This document shows, in pieces, positions 9,763-19,451 of a DNA stretch of 64,000 nucleotides. The translations under genes were made by a program, and so were the position numbers. The stretch comes from an uncultured Planctomycetales bacterium. Lineage in GTDB: Bacteria; Omnitrophota; Gorgyraeia; Gygaellales; Profunditerraquicolaceae. Numbering within the stretch: position 1 is the stretch's first letter; the number at the start of each line of letters is the position of its first letter. Under the pieces are notes generated by a model, which searched no databases, was not told where the DNA came from, and worked only from the letters and a program-made list of their open reading frames with translations. The stretch lies in assembly GCA_964593005.1 (NCBI GenBank), contig CAZQGT010000002.1, positions 13,324-77,323 of the forward strand. Direction: 5' to 3'.

Positions 9763-10469
9763 TGAAAAAAAATTTCTTTAGATTATTATCAATTGTAATT
9801 ATATTTATATTAATTCTATGTGTTTTAAATATAGGCGTAACTACTAAGCAGGGGATCAATTATAGGGTTAGCGAAATAAAATTACCCATATACCTTAAAA
9901 TTTTGGATTTTGTAGACAGGCATTATAACTATAAGAATTTAGTAAAAAATATTCTTGGCGATACAAAGGATGAACCTGCTAAGGTAATAAAAATATTCAA
10001 CTGGGTAACTGCTAATCTTAATAAAAACCCAAAAGAGCTGCCTATTATTGATGATCATCCGCTTAATATTTTGATAAGAGGCTATGGGGTAGCTGATCAG
10101 TTTGAAGATATTTTTACAATCCTATGTACTTATGCAGGAATGGATTCATTTTTTAAAAGTTTTAATAACCATTCTGGCGGTGCTTATTATATTTCATTTG
10201 TTAAAATTCAAGGAAAATGGTGCCCGTTATCGGCTTTTGAAGGAGTATATTTAACCAAAAACGGCGCTATCGTTTCAGTAAACGATATTCTACTTGATAA
10301 AAGTATTTTATTTCCATTTGCATTGAAGTTAGCAAATTTTGAATCGGATACCTTTGTAAAAGAGATAGGTAATATTGATTTTGAGGCAGATTGGCCTTTG
10401 AGAACAAAAGGTCAAAGTCCTATAGGCAGGATTTTATATAGCATTAAAAACATGTTGAGTTTCGACTAG
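9762..10469 (+). CDS. Hypothetical membrane-anchored protein, possible transglutaminase-like fold with the catalytic Cys replaced
   Basis: N-terminal TM helix, and the gene is very AT-rich. GYGVADQFEDIFTILCTYAGMDS resembles the transglutaminase-like core (GxCxDFAxLFVALCRAAGIP) but has Ala where the nucleophile Cys would be. Confidence 0.25.
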   Translation: MKKNFFRLLSIVIIFILILCVLNIGVTTKQGINYRVSEIKLPIYLKILDFVDRHYNYKNLVKNILGDTKDEPAKVIKIFNWVTANLNKNPKELPIIDDHPLNILIRGYGVADQFEDIFTILCTYAGMDSFFKSFNNHSGGAYYISFVKIQGKWCPLSAFEGVYLTKNGAIVSVNDILLDKSILFPFALKLANFESDTFVKEIGNIDFEADWPLRTKGQSPIGRILYSIKNMLSFD

Positions 10470-10525
10470 AGCTATTATTTAATATATTGTTTAGGAGCTT
10501 AGCACTTAATTTTTTCTAGTAGGGA

Positions 10526-10553
10526 GCCTGCGCGTTTTCAGGCAGCTTTTATT
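10526..10553 (+). terminator. Weak candidate intrinsic terminator
   Basis: GCCTG-cgcgtttt-CAGGC stem-loop followed by agcttttatt. The stem is only 5 bp. Confidence 0.15.
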
Positions 10554-10565
10554 AGTATGTAACCA

Positions 10566-11687
10566 TTGTTTAGAAGAAGGTCACATCGTATGAAGAAACT
10601 TAAAGTAATTTTTGCCTGCATTCTGTTATTGTTGTCAGCCGAGCTCCTGGCGCGGGTTTTGGCCCCGGAATACAGGTCTCTGGACCACCGCGTGGGAATC
10701 ACCGGAGGCGTTCCGTTTTTATTAAATTCTTTTGGACTGCGGGATGACGAATTCAATATTGATAAGGGGGATGAGTATCGAATATTATGTATTGGTGACT
10801 CTGTTACTTTTGGAACACAAAATCGTTTGCAAGACATATATCCTAAAGTCCTCGAAAGAATTTTGAATGAAGGTAGTAAAATTCACTATAGGGTTATCAA
10901 CGCAGGGGGATTGGGGGGTTATCCGCAGCTAGAGCTTGAGTATATTAAAGCAAAAGGAATTGAGTTTAAGCCTGACCAGGTGATTTTAGGCTTGTGTCTT
11001 AATGACATAGGAAATAGTTATGCATCTATAGATAGTGAACAATCACTTGTAAAAATCCCTAATTTCTGGAAAAATGTAAATGATTTCCGGGCATACCGTG
11101 ATCCTTTTTTATGGAATAACAAGCTGTCATTTGCCGCAAATATTGTGGCAAATATTAAAATGCCGTTGAGTAAGTTTCGCTGGTATCTCAGAGGGAGAAG
11201 CTATCTGTTTGGGTTTATTGATGTTAATATGACCGGGTTTTTATATCGGTCTGGATTAAAAAAATATTCTTTTGATATGTACCGGGAAAAGGAATGCATC
11301 CTGAGTTTTGGTATTGATAAAACCTCAGCCTTGGGATGGAAGAAGCTTGAGTCATCTCTTGTCGGAATGAGCCAATTTCTAAAAGAAAGAAATATCGGTT
11401 TTATTGTAGTGGTATTTCCCTATGAATTTCAGCTTAGTGATAATGCACGAGATAATTTTTTCCAAATCGATAAGAACAGGTTTACTATAAATCCGCAGCA
11501 AAGGGTTGTTGCCTTTGGGAAAGAGAATAATATTGCAGTTATCGATATTTTACCTGAGTTTCAGAAAAGCGGAAAAAAACTTTACTATCCGCTGGACTAC
11601 TGTCATCCGAATGCATACGGCCATGAGATCGCTGCGCGCAGTATTTATAATTTTTTAAAGCGGAAAAAGATCCTGGCGTTGCAATGA
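10566..11687 (+). CDS. SGNH/GDSL-family hydrolase (esterase / O-acyl-modifying enzyme), membrane-anchored
   Basis: N-terminal TM or signal sequence. Block I is CIGDSVTFG, block II NAGGLGG, block III GLCLNDIGN and block V DYCHPNAYGH. Confidence 0.6.
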   Translation: MFRRRSHRMKKLKVIFACILLLLSAELLARVLAPEYRSLDHRVGITGGVPFLLNSFGLRDDEFNIDKGDEYRILCIGDSVTFGTQNRLQDIYPKVLERILNEGSKIHYRVINAGGLGGYPQLELEYIKAKGIEFKPDQVILGLCLNDIGNSYASIDSEQSLVKIPNFWKNVNDFRAYRDPFLWNNKLSFAANIVANIKMPLSKFRWYLRGRSYLFGFIDVNMTGFLYRSGLKKYSFDMYREKECILSFGIDKTSALGWKKLESSLVGMSQFLKERNIGFIVVVFPYEFQLSDNARDNFFQIDKNRFTINPQQRVVAFGKENNIAVIDILPEFQKSGKKLYYPLDYCHPNAYGHEIAARSIYNFLKRKKILALQ

Positions 11688-11981
11688 GGCAAGGAAATAA
11701 GATGATCACGCAGGTCATTTAATGACATTAGCCAGCTTGTGCATTTATTCCGAGCTGTGGGCATTGCTTTAAAGCAAAAGTGCTTGTGGGGCGTCGGAAG
11801 GCAGAATATAATAAAGTTGCGCCATTTTGTCCGTTGAATTATTAGTTACTTGCTCAAGAAGTTATTAGGCAGGATTGGCCAGAAAACGAGGTAGTTTTCT
11901 AGCCTCAGCCTATGTGGTTCATGTTGTATCTGGCGTAAAAAAATAATGGTTTTATAAAATGGGCACATTCCTAACAACTCT

Positions 11982-13688
11982 ATGAAGATTCTTTTGTGTA
12001 ATATAGCTGTACGTAAAAAACCCGACCCTTTTCCTCCTGTTGCTTGCACGTGTTTAATGAACGCTCTAAAAAGAAGCGGATATCAATCTGTTTTTTATGA
12101 TATCGACGCAAGGAGGCCTTCGCCTGAAGAGCTTTTTGTTTATTTTAAGAGAGAGCAATTTGATCTTGTAGGGATTAGCGCTGTTGTATCGACAGGATAT
12201 AAGTATACTAAAAATTTAGCTGGCATAATCAAGAATGCCTGTCCAACTACTAAAATAATATTGGGAGGGAATTTGGCTGTTGCCTATAAGGTAGTTTTAC
12301 GTAAATGTCAGATAGATTTATGCGTCATTGGGGAAGGTGAGAGGGTTTTGTTAAACCTGGTTAAATATTTAGATAAATACGGAAGCTTTGAGCCTGCTAG
12401 AGAAGAGTTGTTTAAGATCAAGGGGGTAGTTTTTTTGGATTCCCGGGGAACTTGTAAATTTACTGGCAACGATGAGCTTATCTCTAGTGACGAGATAGAG
12501 GAGCCCGATTATAAAATATTAGACGAATTCTCCATTATTTCTCAGTATATACAAGATCCTTTGACGAGAGCTGATTTCGTTATCGATCCGCGTACCCACG
12601 AGGCAAAACGTCGAGGGAAAAAGATGGCAACTATTTTTACTTCTAAGGGGTGTGTGAATGCTTGCACTTTTTGTCATCGATGGGTAAAGGGTTATAGGGT
12701 AATTCCAATAGATAAAGTAATTTCTACAATGAAATACCTGATCGATAAATATAGCGTAGGATTCTTTTGTATCAGCGATGAATGTTTCGGTGAAGATAAA
12801 GAATGGCTTGAGCAGTTTATCGGCCAGCTAAAGCCGCTGGATATCCTTTTCCAGGTATCTGGGGCGCGGGTATCGATTATTAGAAAAGACCCTACGATTT
12901 TAAAAAGACTAAAAGAGGTTGGGTTGACAGCGCTATATTTTGGGATAGAGAGCGGAAGCGATAAGATGCTTAAGGTAATGGAGAAAAATGTGTCGAAAGT
13001 TGAAAATATAGAAGCAATGAAAATATGCTCTGAAGCAGGCATCTTTACGATCATCCAGCTTGTTATCGGACTACCGGGAGAAAACGATTTTACAATCAGC
13101 GAGACAATAGATTTTATTAAAAAAGCGACTGGAGAATTGCCTTCTCTTCCGTTGGTGGTTGTGAATTATCTTCAGGCTTTGCCGGGTACGCCATGCTATG
13201 AATTCTTGCGCTATAATGGTCTTCTCGGCAAGACTATTGAAGACGAAGAAGGGTATCTTTTAAGGGTATCCGATATAGACGCCGGCGAGTTCAGGCAGTA
13301 TCTTAATGTTTCTGAAGAATCGCTGCCTAAGGTTAAACTATGGAGGACCAAGATTTATTTCCTGCCGATGATCCATTGGCTTAAATCTCATGGATGGAGA
13401 TTTCCTAGCAGGCAAAACTATAAGCTTCGGGATAATCCGGGTAGCCGGGTTTCCATAAAAGCGCTTTTTAAAGAATATCTTAAAACTAATATTTGGTTAT
13501 ATCGAATAATCGATATTTGCGGTGAATGGTTCTGGGGAGTAATATTGACGTTGGATATATTTTCTATATATGGCATTAGGAAGGCCCTATTAATTTTACT
13601 GGGGATTAAAAAGGATGAGGGGAGGGTGCAATTTAAGATTAAAGGTAAAACCCTCAGAGAAATTGTAAAAATGAATGAATACTCGTAA
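11982..13688 (+). CDS. B12-binding-domain radical SAM protein (class B)
   Basis: N-terminal region of about 200 aa (MKILLCN...) consistent with a cobalamin-binding Rossmann domain. The radical SAM triad follows (ATIFTSKGCVNACTFCHRW). Confidence 0.7.
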   Translation: MKILLCNIAVRKKPDPFPPVACTCLMNALKRSGYQSVFYDIDARRPSPEELFVYFKREQFDLVGISAVVSTGYKYTKNLAGIIKNACPTTKIILGGNLAVAYKVVLRKCQIDLCVIGEGERVLLNLVKYLDKYGSFEPAREELFKIKGVVFLDSRGTCKFTGNDELISSDEIEEPDYKILDEFSIISQYIQDPLTRADFVIDPRTHEAKRRGKKMATIFTSKGCVNACTFCHRWVKGYRVIPIDKVISTMKYLIDKYSVGFFCISDECFGEDKEWLEQFIGQLKPLDILFQVSGARVSIIRKDPTILKRLKEVGLTALYFGIESGSDKMLKVMEKNVSKVENIEAMKICSEAGIFTIIQLVIGLPGENDFTISETIDFIKKATGELPSLPLVVVNYLQALPGTPCYEFLRYNGLLGKTIEDEEGYLLRVSDIDAGEFRQYLNVSEESLPKVKLWRTKIYFLPMIHWLKSHGWRFPSRQNYKLRDNPGSRVSIKALFKEYLKTNIWLYRIIDICGEWFWGVILTLDIFSIYGIRKALLILLGIKKDEGRVQFKIKGKTLREIVKMNEYS

Positions 13689-13704
13689 ATGGGGGGTATA
13701 ATAA

Positions 13705-14583
13705 ATGATTCATAAGAAAGTTAAGATTGGGACTAGGCAGGTTGGGGATAATTATCCATGTTGCATCATAGCTGAGATTGGCATAAATCACAACGGCTCT
13801 ATAGACATTGCAAAGAGATTAATTAATGTTGCCGTTGAATCAGGGTGTGATGCCGTTAAGTTCCAAAAGAGGACTGTGAGTAAGGTTTATACAAAAGAAG
13901 AACTGGCCAAACCAAGAGAGAGCCCTTTTGGGACTACTAACGGTGATTTAAAAAGAGGGCTCGAATTTGGTGCTAAGCAATATAGAGAGATTGATCTTTA
14001 CTGTAAAGAAAAAGGAATCTTGTGGTTTGCATCATGTTGGGACGAAGAATCAGTCGATTTTATGAAACAATTCGACCCGCCATGTTATAAGATAGCGTCT
14101 GCTTGTATAACTGACGATAAACTTTTACGTTACCATAAGAAAGAAGGTAAACCTATAATTCTCTCAACGGGCATGAGTGATATTTCGATAATCGAACACG
14201 CAGTTGATATTTTAGGGGAAGATAATCTTATAATTATGCATTGTACCAGTACCTACCCTTCAAAGCCTGAGGAGTTGAATCTTATGGGTATAGAAACATT
14301 AAAAAATAAATTCGCTGTTCCCATAGGTTATTCGGGACATGAGGTTGGTCTTTACACTACATTTGCGGCTGCTGTTTTAGGTGCATGTAGTATTGAAAGG
14401 CACATCACTCTTGATAGGGCTATGTGGGGGAGTGATCAGGCGGCATCAGTGGAACCTATTGGAATAAAGAGGCTTGTAGTTGATATAAGAAATTGGGAAT
14501 TAGCCAAGGGTGATGGTAAGATTTGTATATACGAAAGCGAAATGCCAATTATGAAAAAATTGAGAAGAGTGGGGTCAGTATGA
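13705..14583 (+). CDS. N-acetylneuraminate synthase (NeuB) family, sialic/ulosonic acid synthase-like, short form without the C-terminal SAF domain
   Basis: CCIIAEIGINHNGSIDIAKRLI is the canonical NeuB/PseI/LegI N-terminus. The protein is 292 aa against about 340 aa for NeuB, so the antifreeze-like domain is missing. Confidence 0.7.
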   Translation: MIHKKVKIGTRQVGDNYPCCIIAEIGINHNGSIDIAKRLINVAVESGCDAVKFQKRTVSKVYTKEELAKPRESPFGTTNGDLKRGLEFGAKQYREIDLYCKEKGILWFASCWDEESVDFMKQFDPPCYKIASACITDDKLLRYHKKEGKPIILSTGMSDISIIEHAVDILGEDNLIIMHCTSTYPSKPEELNLMGIETLKNKFAVPIGYSGHEVGLYTTFAAAVLGACSIERHITLDRAMWGSDQAASVEPIGIKRLVVDIRNWELAKGDGKICIYESEMPIMKKLRRVGSV

Positions 14584-15380
14584 GTCTTTATGGCTTAGGT
14601 TGTATAAATGTAGAGCTTACTAGCAGATGTAATAAGGCATGTTGGATATGCGGAAGGCGTAAAGTGGATAGGGATTATCCGGGGTTTGCCACCGAATACG
14701 CAGATATGGATTTTGATCTGGTGGTTAAGATAGCCTCTCAACTCCCGCCGAATATCGTTGTTCAATTTCACCGGGACGGCGAGGCGTTACTCTATCCACG
14801 ATTCGGCGAGGCGGTTAGCCTCTTTAAGAAACAGATAAAGAATATCGTAACAAACGGCAAGCTGATCGTTGAGAAAGCCGGAGAGATTATAGGTAATCTT
14901 GATACTTTATCAATCTCTGTTTTTGAAGGCGATGATGAAGCCGATGAACAATTTAAATTAATAAAAGAATTCCTTAGAATTAAAGGGGACAGTAAGCCGT
15001 ATACGAGCATTAGACTCATAGGCAATGTCGACCAAGTACGGTATAAAGATTTGAATGCGCTTATTATAAAAAGGGTACTTCACTCCCAGATGGGCAGCTA
15101 TAATTACCATAAAAAAGATCCGACGATTCCCGAGATTGGGATCTGCTGGGATTTCCTTCATCATTTAAGTGTTAACCGGCAAGGAAAAGTTTCTATTTGC
15201 GTTCGCTTTGATCCTCGGTGGTTAGGTGTCATAGGAGATGCTAATAAGCAGTTGCTCGGAGATATATGGAATAGTCAAAGGCGTATGGAATGGTTGGAAT
15301 ATCATAAAGCTGGTAGAAGAGATAAGATTCCCCTATGTTCTTATTGCCATTTCTGGGGAGTACCTACATCCCCTGCCTAA
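14580..15380 (+). CDS. Radical SAM protein with C-terminal Cys pair (possible twitch/SPASM-like)
   Basis: Start moved to the ATG at 14580 (MSLYGLG...), which overlaps the NeuB stop as ATGA. CxxxCxxC is present (TSRCNKACWICGRRK). C-terminal LCSYCHFWG. Confidence 0.55.
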   Translation: MSLYGLGCINVELTSRCNKACWICGRRKVDRDYPGFATEYADMDFDLVVKIASQLPPNIVVQFHRDGEALLYPRFGEAVSLFKKQIKNIVTNGKLIVEKAGEIIGNLDTLSISVFEGDDEADEQFKLIKEFLRIKGDSKPYTSIRLIGNVDQVRYKDLNALIIKRVLHSQMGSYNYHKKDPTIPEIGICWDFLHHLSVNRQGKVSICVRFDPRWLGVIGDANKQLLGDIWNSQRRMEWLEYHKAGRRDKIPLCSYCHFWGVPTSPA

Positions 15381-15402
15381 AACATACAGGAAAGGAATTT
15401 GT

Positions 15403-16152
15403 ATGGCGAATAGCGTGGTAGCATTAATTCCGGCGCGAGGCGGTTCAAAAGGTGTGGTTGGTAAAAATATCAGATATCTGGCCGGCCACCCTTTGATTGC
15501 GTATTCGATAGGAGTTGCCCGGATGTCCGGAAGTATTGGCCGGATTATTGTTTCTACTGATTCTTTAGAAATTGCAGATATGGCTCGCGCATATGGGGCT
15601 GAAGTGCCTTTTATGAGGCCAAGTGAGATATCTCAGGATAGATCAACTGATTTTGAATTGTTTCAGCATGCTGTTCAATGGTTTGAGCGGGGTAGTTCGA
15701 TACCTGAATTGATGATACACCTGCGGCCGACCACTCCGTTTAGGGATGCCGAAGAGATCGATCGGGCTGTTAGCTTAATACGATCTCACCCAGAGGCGAC
15801 ATCTCTACGATCGATCCATGAACTTTCTGAGCCTCCGCATAAGATGTTTCAATTGGATCCCCAAGGTTACCTGAAAGGTTTTTTTCCTGACGATCCAAGG
15901 CCAGAATATTATAATTTGCCCAGGCAGATATTCCCTAAGGCGTATCATCCGAATGGCTATGTTGATATCATCAAGTTGGCATATCTCCAGCGGTATGCTG
16001 CCCTGCATGGGCCACGTATACTCGGTTTTATTACTCCGGTATCGAATGAAATCGACCGTATTGAAGATTTTGAGTATTTAGAGTATTGCGTTAGCCGGAT
16101 CAATAGCCCGGTTCTTGAATATTTAAATAAGAATTTTCCCGGAAAGGATTAA
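15403..16152 (+). CDS. Acylneuraminate (CMP-ulosonic acid) cytidylyltransferase family, NeuA/KdsB-like
   Basis: Start moved to the ATG at 15403, with AGGAAAGGAA upstream. MANSVVALIPARGGSKGVVGKNIRYLAGHPLIAYSI is the classic CMP-NeuAc synthetase N-terminus. Confidence 0.7.
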   Translation: MANSVVALIPARGGSKGVVGKNIRYLAGHPLIAYSIGVARMSGSIGRIIVSTDSLEIADMARAYGAEVPFMRPSEISQDRSTDFELFQHAVQWFERGSSIPELMIHLRPTTPFRDAEEIDRAVSLIRSHPEATSLRSIHELSEPPHKMFQLDPQGYLKGFFPDDPRPEYYNLPRQIFPKAYHPNGYVDIIKLAYLQRYAALHGPRILGFITPVSNEIDRIEDFEYLEYCVSRINSPVLEYLNKNFPGKD

Positions 16153-16155
16153 TAT

Positions 16156-17553
16156 ATGGCTGGCAGCGATTTTAAGAAAACGCCGCAGGTAGTTAGGCCA
16201 ATCAAGACAAAATATAGAAAGATCAAAACGATGATTCCGGCACCCGGATATTCGCTGATTTTTAAGAATTTGGAAAAATATGAATCGCGCTCTATGCACG
16301 GGCAGTTACCTATTGTTTGGGATAAGGCGATAGGTTTTTCCGTTTTTGACAAGTATGGCAATCAATGGATTGATTTTACCTCGACGATATTTGTTGCAAA
16401 TGCGGGCCATGCAAATCCTGGCGTTATTCGGAGTATTCGTAATCAGCTCAATCATAAATTGTTACATACGTATGTGTTTGCCAGTGAAATACGAGCAAAA
16501 TTTCTAAAAAAACTTATAGAGATTACGCCGAAACAGTTTCAAAAAGCTTTTTTGCTTTCTTCTGGAACCGAGGCTACTGAATGTGCGTTTAAACTGATGC
16601 GGATGCATGGGCAGACTATTAGGCCGTCAAAGATCGCAATTATTTCTTTCCGAGGCGCCATGCACGGCAGGACTATGGCTGCGGAGATGTTAAAAGGCAA
16701 CCCTAAGACTTCATCATGGATTGGTTATGTTGATCCGAATATTTATCATTTGCCTGTTCCCTATCCTTGGCCCAGGCGTTCAACGGTCAAGAAGGAATAT
16801 GATTGGGGTAGGCATTTTGAACAGGATATGAATGGGCTGAAAAAAAATGGCCTTGATTTTAAGAATATTGCAGGTTTTATTATTGAATCGTATTTAGGGT
16901 GGGGTGCGATATTTTATCCCAAGCCGTATATACAAATGCTGGCTGATTTTGCCAAGCGTTACGATAGCCTGGTAGTTTTTGACGATATTCAAGGCGGATT
17001 TGGTAGAACCGGAAAGTTGTTTGCGTATCAGCATTATGGAGTTGAACCCGATTTATTATGCTTAGGTAAGGCAATGAGCGGTTCATTGCCGCTCTCAGCG
17101 GTGATCGGCAGGCGCTCGATTATGGATTTACCTGATGTCGGTTCAATGAGTAGCACCCATTCGGCAAATCCGCTTTCTTGTGCTGCAGGCCTTGCTACAC
17201 TTGAGGCAATCGAAGCGAATGATTTGGTGAAAAAGTCTTTTAGTAAAGGGAAGATCCTGCATTCGTATCTCAACGGTTTGAAATCTAGGTATCCGGAAAG
17301 GATTGAGCATGTATTTGGCAAAGGATTGCTCGCTGGGGTCATATTCAAGGATCCCGCAAGCGGTAAACCTGATAGTGTGTTTCCAATGAAAGTGTGTGAA
17401 AGGGCAATGCAAAGAGGATTACTTTTAGTGTATACTGGTAGAGAGTCTATTAAAATCGGCCCCCCACTGGTGATTTCAGATGATGCGCTTTTAGAAGGAT
17501 TAGGTGTGTTCGAAGAGTCTATTAAAGAAATAATCGCAGAGGAGACGGTATGA
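16156..17553 (+). CDS. Class III (aspartate aminotransferase family) PLP-dependent aminotransferase
   Basis: LLSSGTEATECAFKLMR and FDDIQGGFGRTGKLFA are characteristic class III motifs. The lysine in CLGKAMSG is the likely PLP lysine. Confidence 0.7.
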   Translation: MAGSDFKKTPQVVRPIKTKYRKIKTMIPAPGYSLIFKNLEKYESRSMHGQLPIVWDKAIGFSVFDKYGNQWIDFTSTIFVANAGHANPGVIRSIRNQLNHKLLHTYVFASEIRAKFLKKLIEITPKQFQKAFLLSSGTEATECAFKLMRMHGQTIRPSKIAIISFRGAMHGRTMAAEMLKGNPKTSSWIGYVDPNIYHLPVPYPWPRRSTVKKEYDWGRHFEQDMNGLKKNGLDFKNIAGFIIESYLGWGAIFYPKPYIQMLADFAKRYDSLVVFDDIQGGFGRTGKLFAYQHYGVEPDLLCLGKAMSGSLPLSAVIGRRSIMDLPDVGSMSSTHSANPLSCAAGLATLEAIEANDLVKKSFSKGKILHSYLNGLKSRYPERIEHVFGKGLLAGVIFKDPASGKPDSVFPMKVCERAMQRGLLLVYTGRESIKIGPPLVISDDALLEGLGVFEESIKEIIAEETV

Positions 17554-17987
17554 TAGTGGCACGACATATCGGGATAGTTGTTTATGATTTGGAAAAAATG
17601 GTGCATTTTTACAAGGATTTGCTTGGGTTAAAAGTTGTAAAACGCATGGATGAGTCTGGTAGTTATATTGATACTCTCCTTGCATCTCCGGGGACACATA
17701 TTAAAACGGTTAAGTTATCGTCTGGCGGTGCTGTGTTTGTTGAGTTATTATATTTTCATTCGCATCCCGGACAGATTCGTCTTCAAAAAGGTTTATTTGA
17801 TAACGGTATATCCCATATCGCGTTTACGGTTAAGGATATCGATTCGGAATGTAAAAAATTGACTAAGGCAGGAGTTTTGTTTGTTTCTCTCCCGCAAAAT
17901 TCGCCTGATGGCCAAGCGAAAGTTGCTTTTTGCAGGGATTATGAGGGCAATCTTCTGGAATTAGTCGAGGAATTACACCCCGCGTAA
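17550..17987 (+). CDS. VOC (glyoxalase/bleomycin-resistance/dioxygenase) family protein
   Basis: HIGIVVYDLEKMVHFYKDLLGLKV N-terminus and ISHIAFTVKDID second half match the paired beta-alpha-beta-beta-beta VOC modules. Confidence 0.55.
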   Translation: MIVARHIGIVVYDLEKMVHFYKDLLGLKVVKRMDESGSYIDTLLASPGTHIKTVKLSSGGAVFVELLYFHSHPGQIRLQKGLFDNGISHIAFTVKDIDSECKKLTKAGVLFVSLPQNSPDGQAKVAFCRDYEGNLLELVEELHPA

Positions 17988-18006
17988 GTGGAGTGATAGA
18001 GGAGAT

Positions 18007-19326
18007 ATGAAAATAGGCAATCGGAATAAAAAAGTATTATTAAGCATAGGCATAAGCATTATTTCCATTTTTCTTATCGAAATTTTTTCGATCGGCATTC
18101 TTTTTGTAAATGAAATATTGCATAAAAGGCCGATTGACGATTTCTTTCTGGCTAAATTCGCGATAACCCGGCCGATAAGTTATTTATGCCATCCTTCAAA
18201 GAACATGTCCTATTTTAAGAAAGCTAAACAAAAGAATATCGGTGATTTATCGGCAGTCAGTGAAGATAAATGGAGATATCTTTTTCCGCCTGATACGATT
18301 TTAGGGTGGAGGCTGGCAAAAAATGTTAAATGTACCCATTATAGTAAATATATATATATTACGAATGATCAGGGTTTTATGTCTACAGGGGAATCCGATT
18401 TTTATTATGATCCCGTGAAAGCGAAAGATGTTTATCGAATAATTGTTGTTGGAGGCTCGACAGTCTTTGGCCAGGGCGCCTATACGCCTGCTGAGAATTT
18501 ACCCGCGACAATATATAATTATCTGCAGAAAATTCATCTAAGGAATGATAAAAAAGTAACATATGAAGTCATTAACGCCGGAATCTCAGGCTATCTTTCT
18601 AACCAAGAATTTTTGTATATATTAACTGAACTATTAAGTTTTCATCCGGATCTTATTATCGTATATGATGGCTGGAACGACGCAAATTATAACAATTTGT
18701 TATTGGGTAAAACACAAGAAGGTATAAATTCGTTAAAATTGTTAACTCATTACGAATTAGAAAAACGACTGAGTAAAAGTTATACTATTTCGGGCAGCTT
18801 TTCTACTTTCTGTGGTGTTCTTAAGAGCTACGGGAACATTTATTTAAATCAATCTGGAGCTGTAACATTGTTGCGGATGGCTATACGCAAATACAAAAAT
18901 GTGGGTTATGTGCAGAAGCTTTCTAAATATGATTATCAACAAATGAACGTTGAGACCTATAAGGAAAATCTCACTAGAATGATTATGTTGTCTAAGTTTT
19001 ATCACTTCCGGATAGGCATATTTTTACAACCGATTATGGGCGTTGGTAATAAGGTATTGACTCAGGAGGAAAGAGGGATCCTTCAGGATATAGCTGATTT
19101 GCGGTGTCGAGTTCTATTTTATGAAGCGGCTAGAGATGCCTTCCAAGATTTAAAGCAGGAATATGGCAATGATCGGGAAGTGACCATAAAAGATCTATCC
19201 GGATCTTTTGATAATATCGACTATACTGTTTACGCCGATTCCGGTCATTTATTGCTCATCGGTAACCAGATTATAGCTAAGAATATTATCGGGGCGCTTA
19301 AATTATCTGATGCCGTCAATAAATAG
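18007..19326 (+). CDS. SGNH/GDSL-family hydrolase, membrane-anchored
   Basis: N-terminal TM helix. Block I is IIVVGGSTVFG, block II NAGISGY, block III YDGWNDANY and block V ADSGHLL. Confidence 0.55.
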   Translation: MKIGNRNKKVLLSIGISIISIFLIEIFSIGILFVNEILHKRPIDDFFLAKFAITRPISYLCHPSKNMSYFKKAKQKNIGDLSAVSEDKWRYLFPPDTILGWRLAKNVKCTHYSKYIYITNDQGFMSTGESDFYYDPVKAKDVYRIIVVGGSTVFGQGAYTPAENLPATIYNYLQKIHLRNDKKVTYEVINAGISGYLSNQEFLYILTELLSFHPDLIIVYDGWNDANYNNLLLGKTQEGINSLKLLTHYELEKRLSKSYTISGSFSTFCGVLKSYGNIYLNQSGAVTLLRMAIRKYKNVGYVQKLSKYDYQQMNVETYKENLTRMIMLSKFYHFRIGIFLQPIMGVGNKVLTQEERGILQDIADLRCRVLFYEAARDAFQDLKQEYGNDREVTIKDLSGSFDNIDYTVYADSGHLLLIGNQIIAKNIIGALKLSDAVNK

Positions 19327-19408
19327 GCGCGAAAAAGATGCGATTACTGGAAGGGCATATAAATTTGATCTCTAATTGTTGCGGAAAGAAGATTAAGCGC
19401 TGGGTCCG

Positions 19409-19426
19409 ATGAAAATTTATTTTCAT
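19409..19426. promoter_or_regulatory. Perfect 18-bp palindrome (ATGAAAATttATTTTCAT), candidate operator
   Basis: Read directly from the sequence. It lies 26 bp upstream of the ATG at 19452, inside a 125-bp intergenic gap. GGAGG ribosome-binding site at 19436-19440. Confidence 0.3.
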
Positions 19427-19451
19427 AAATTATTTTTGGAGGAATTATATC

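Noticed and set aside
11688-11981. Cobalamin riboswitch upstream of the B12-radical SAM genes
   Set aside because: I looked for the B12-box-like conserved core in the large gaps (11688-11981, 24347-24581) and could not recognise it by eye. An undetected riboswitch cannot be fully excluded without a covariance-model scan.
15238-15402. Upstream extension of the cytidylyltransferase ORF, and likewise the 38319-38447 extension of the GT2 and the 14523-14579 extension of the radical SAM enzyme
   Set aside because: These extensions overlap the preceding gene in another frame. Internal ATGs that immediately follow the upstream stop, with ribosome-binding-site-like purine runs, reproduce the canonical family N-termini.
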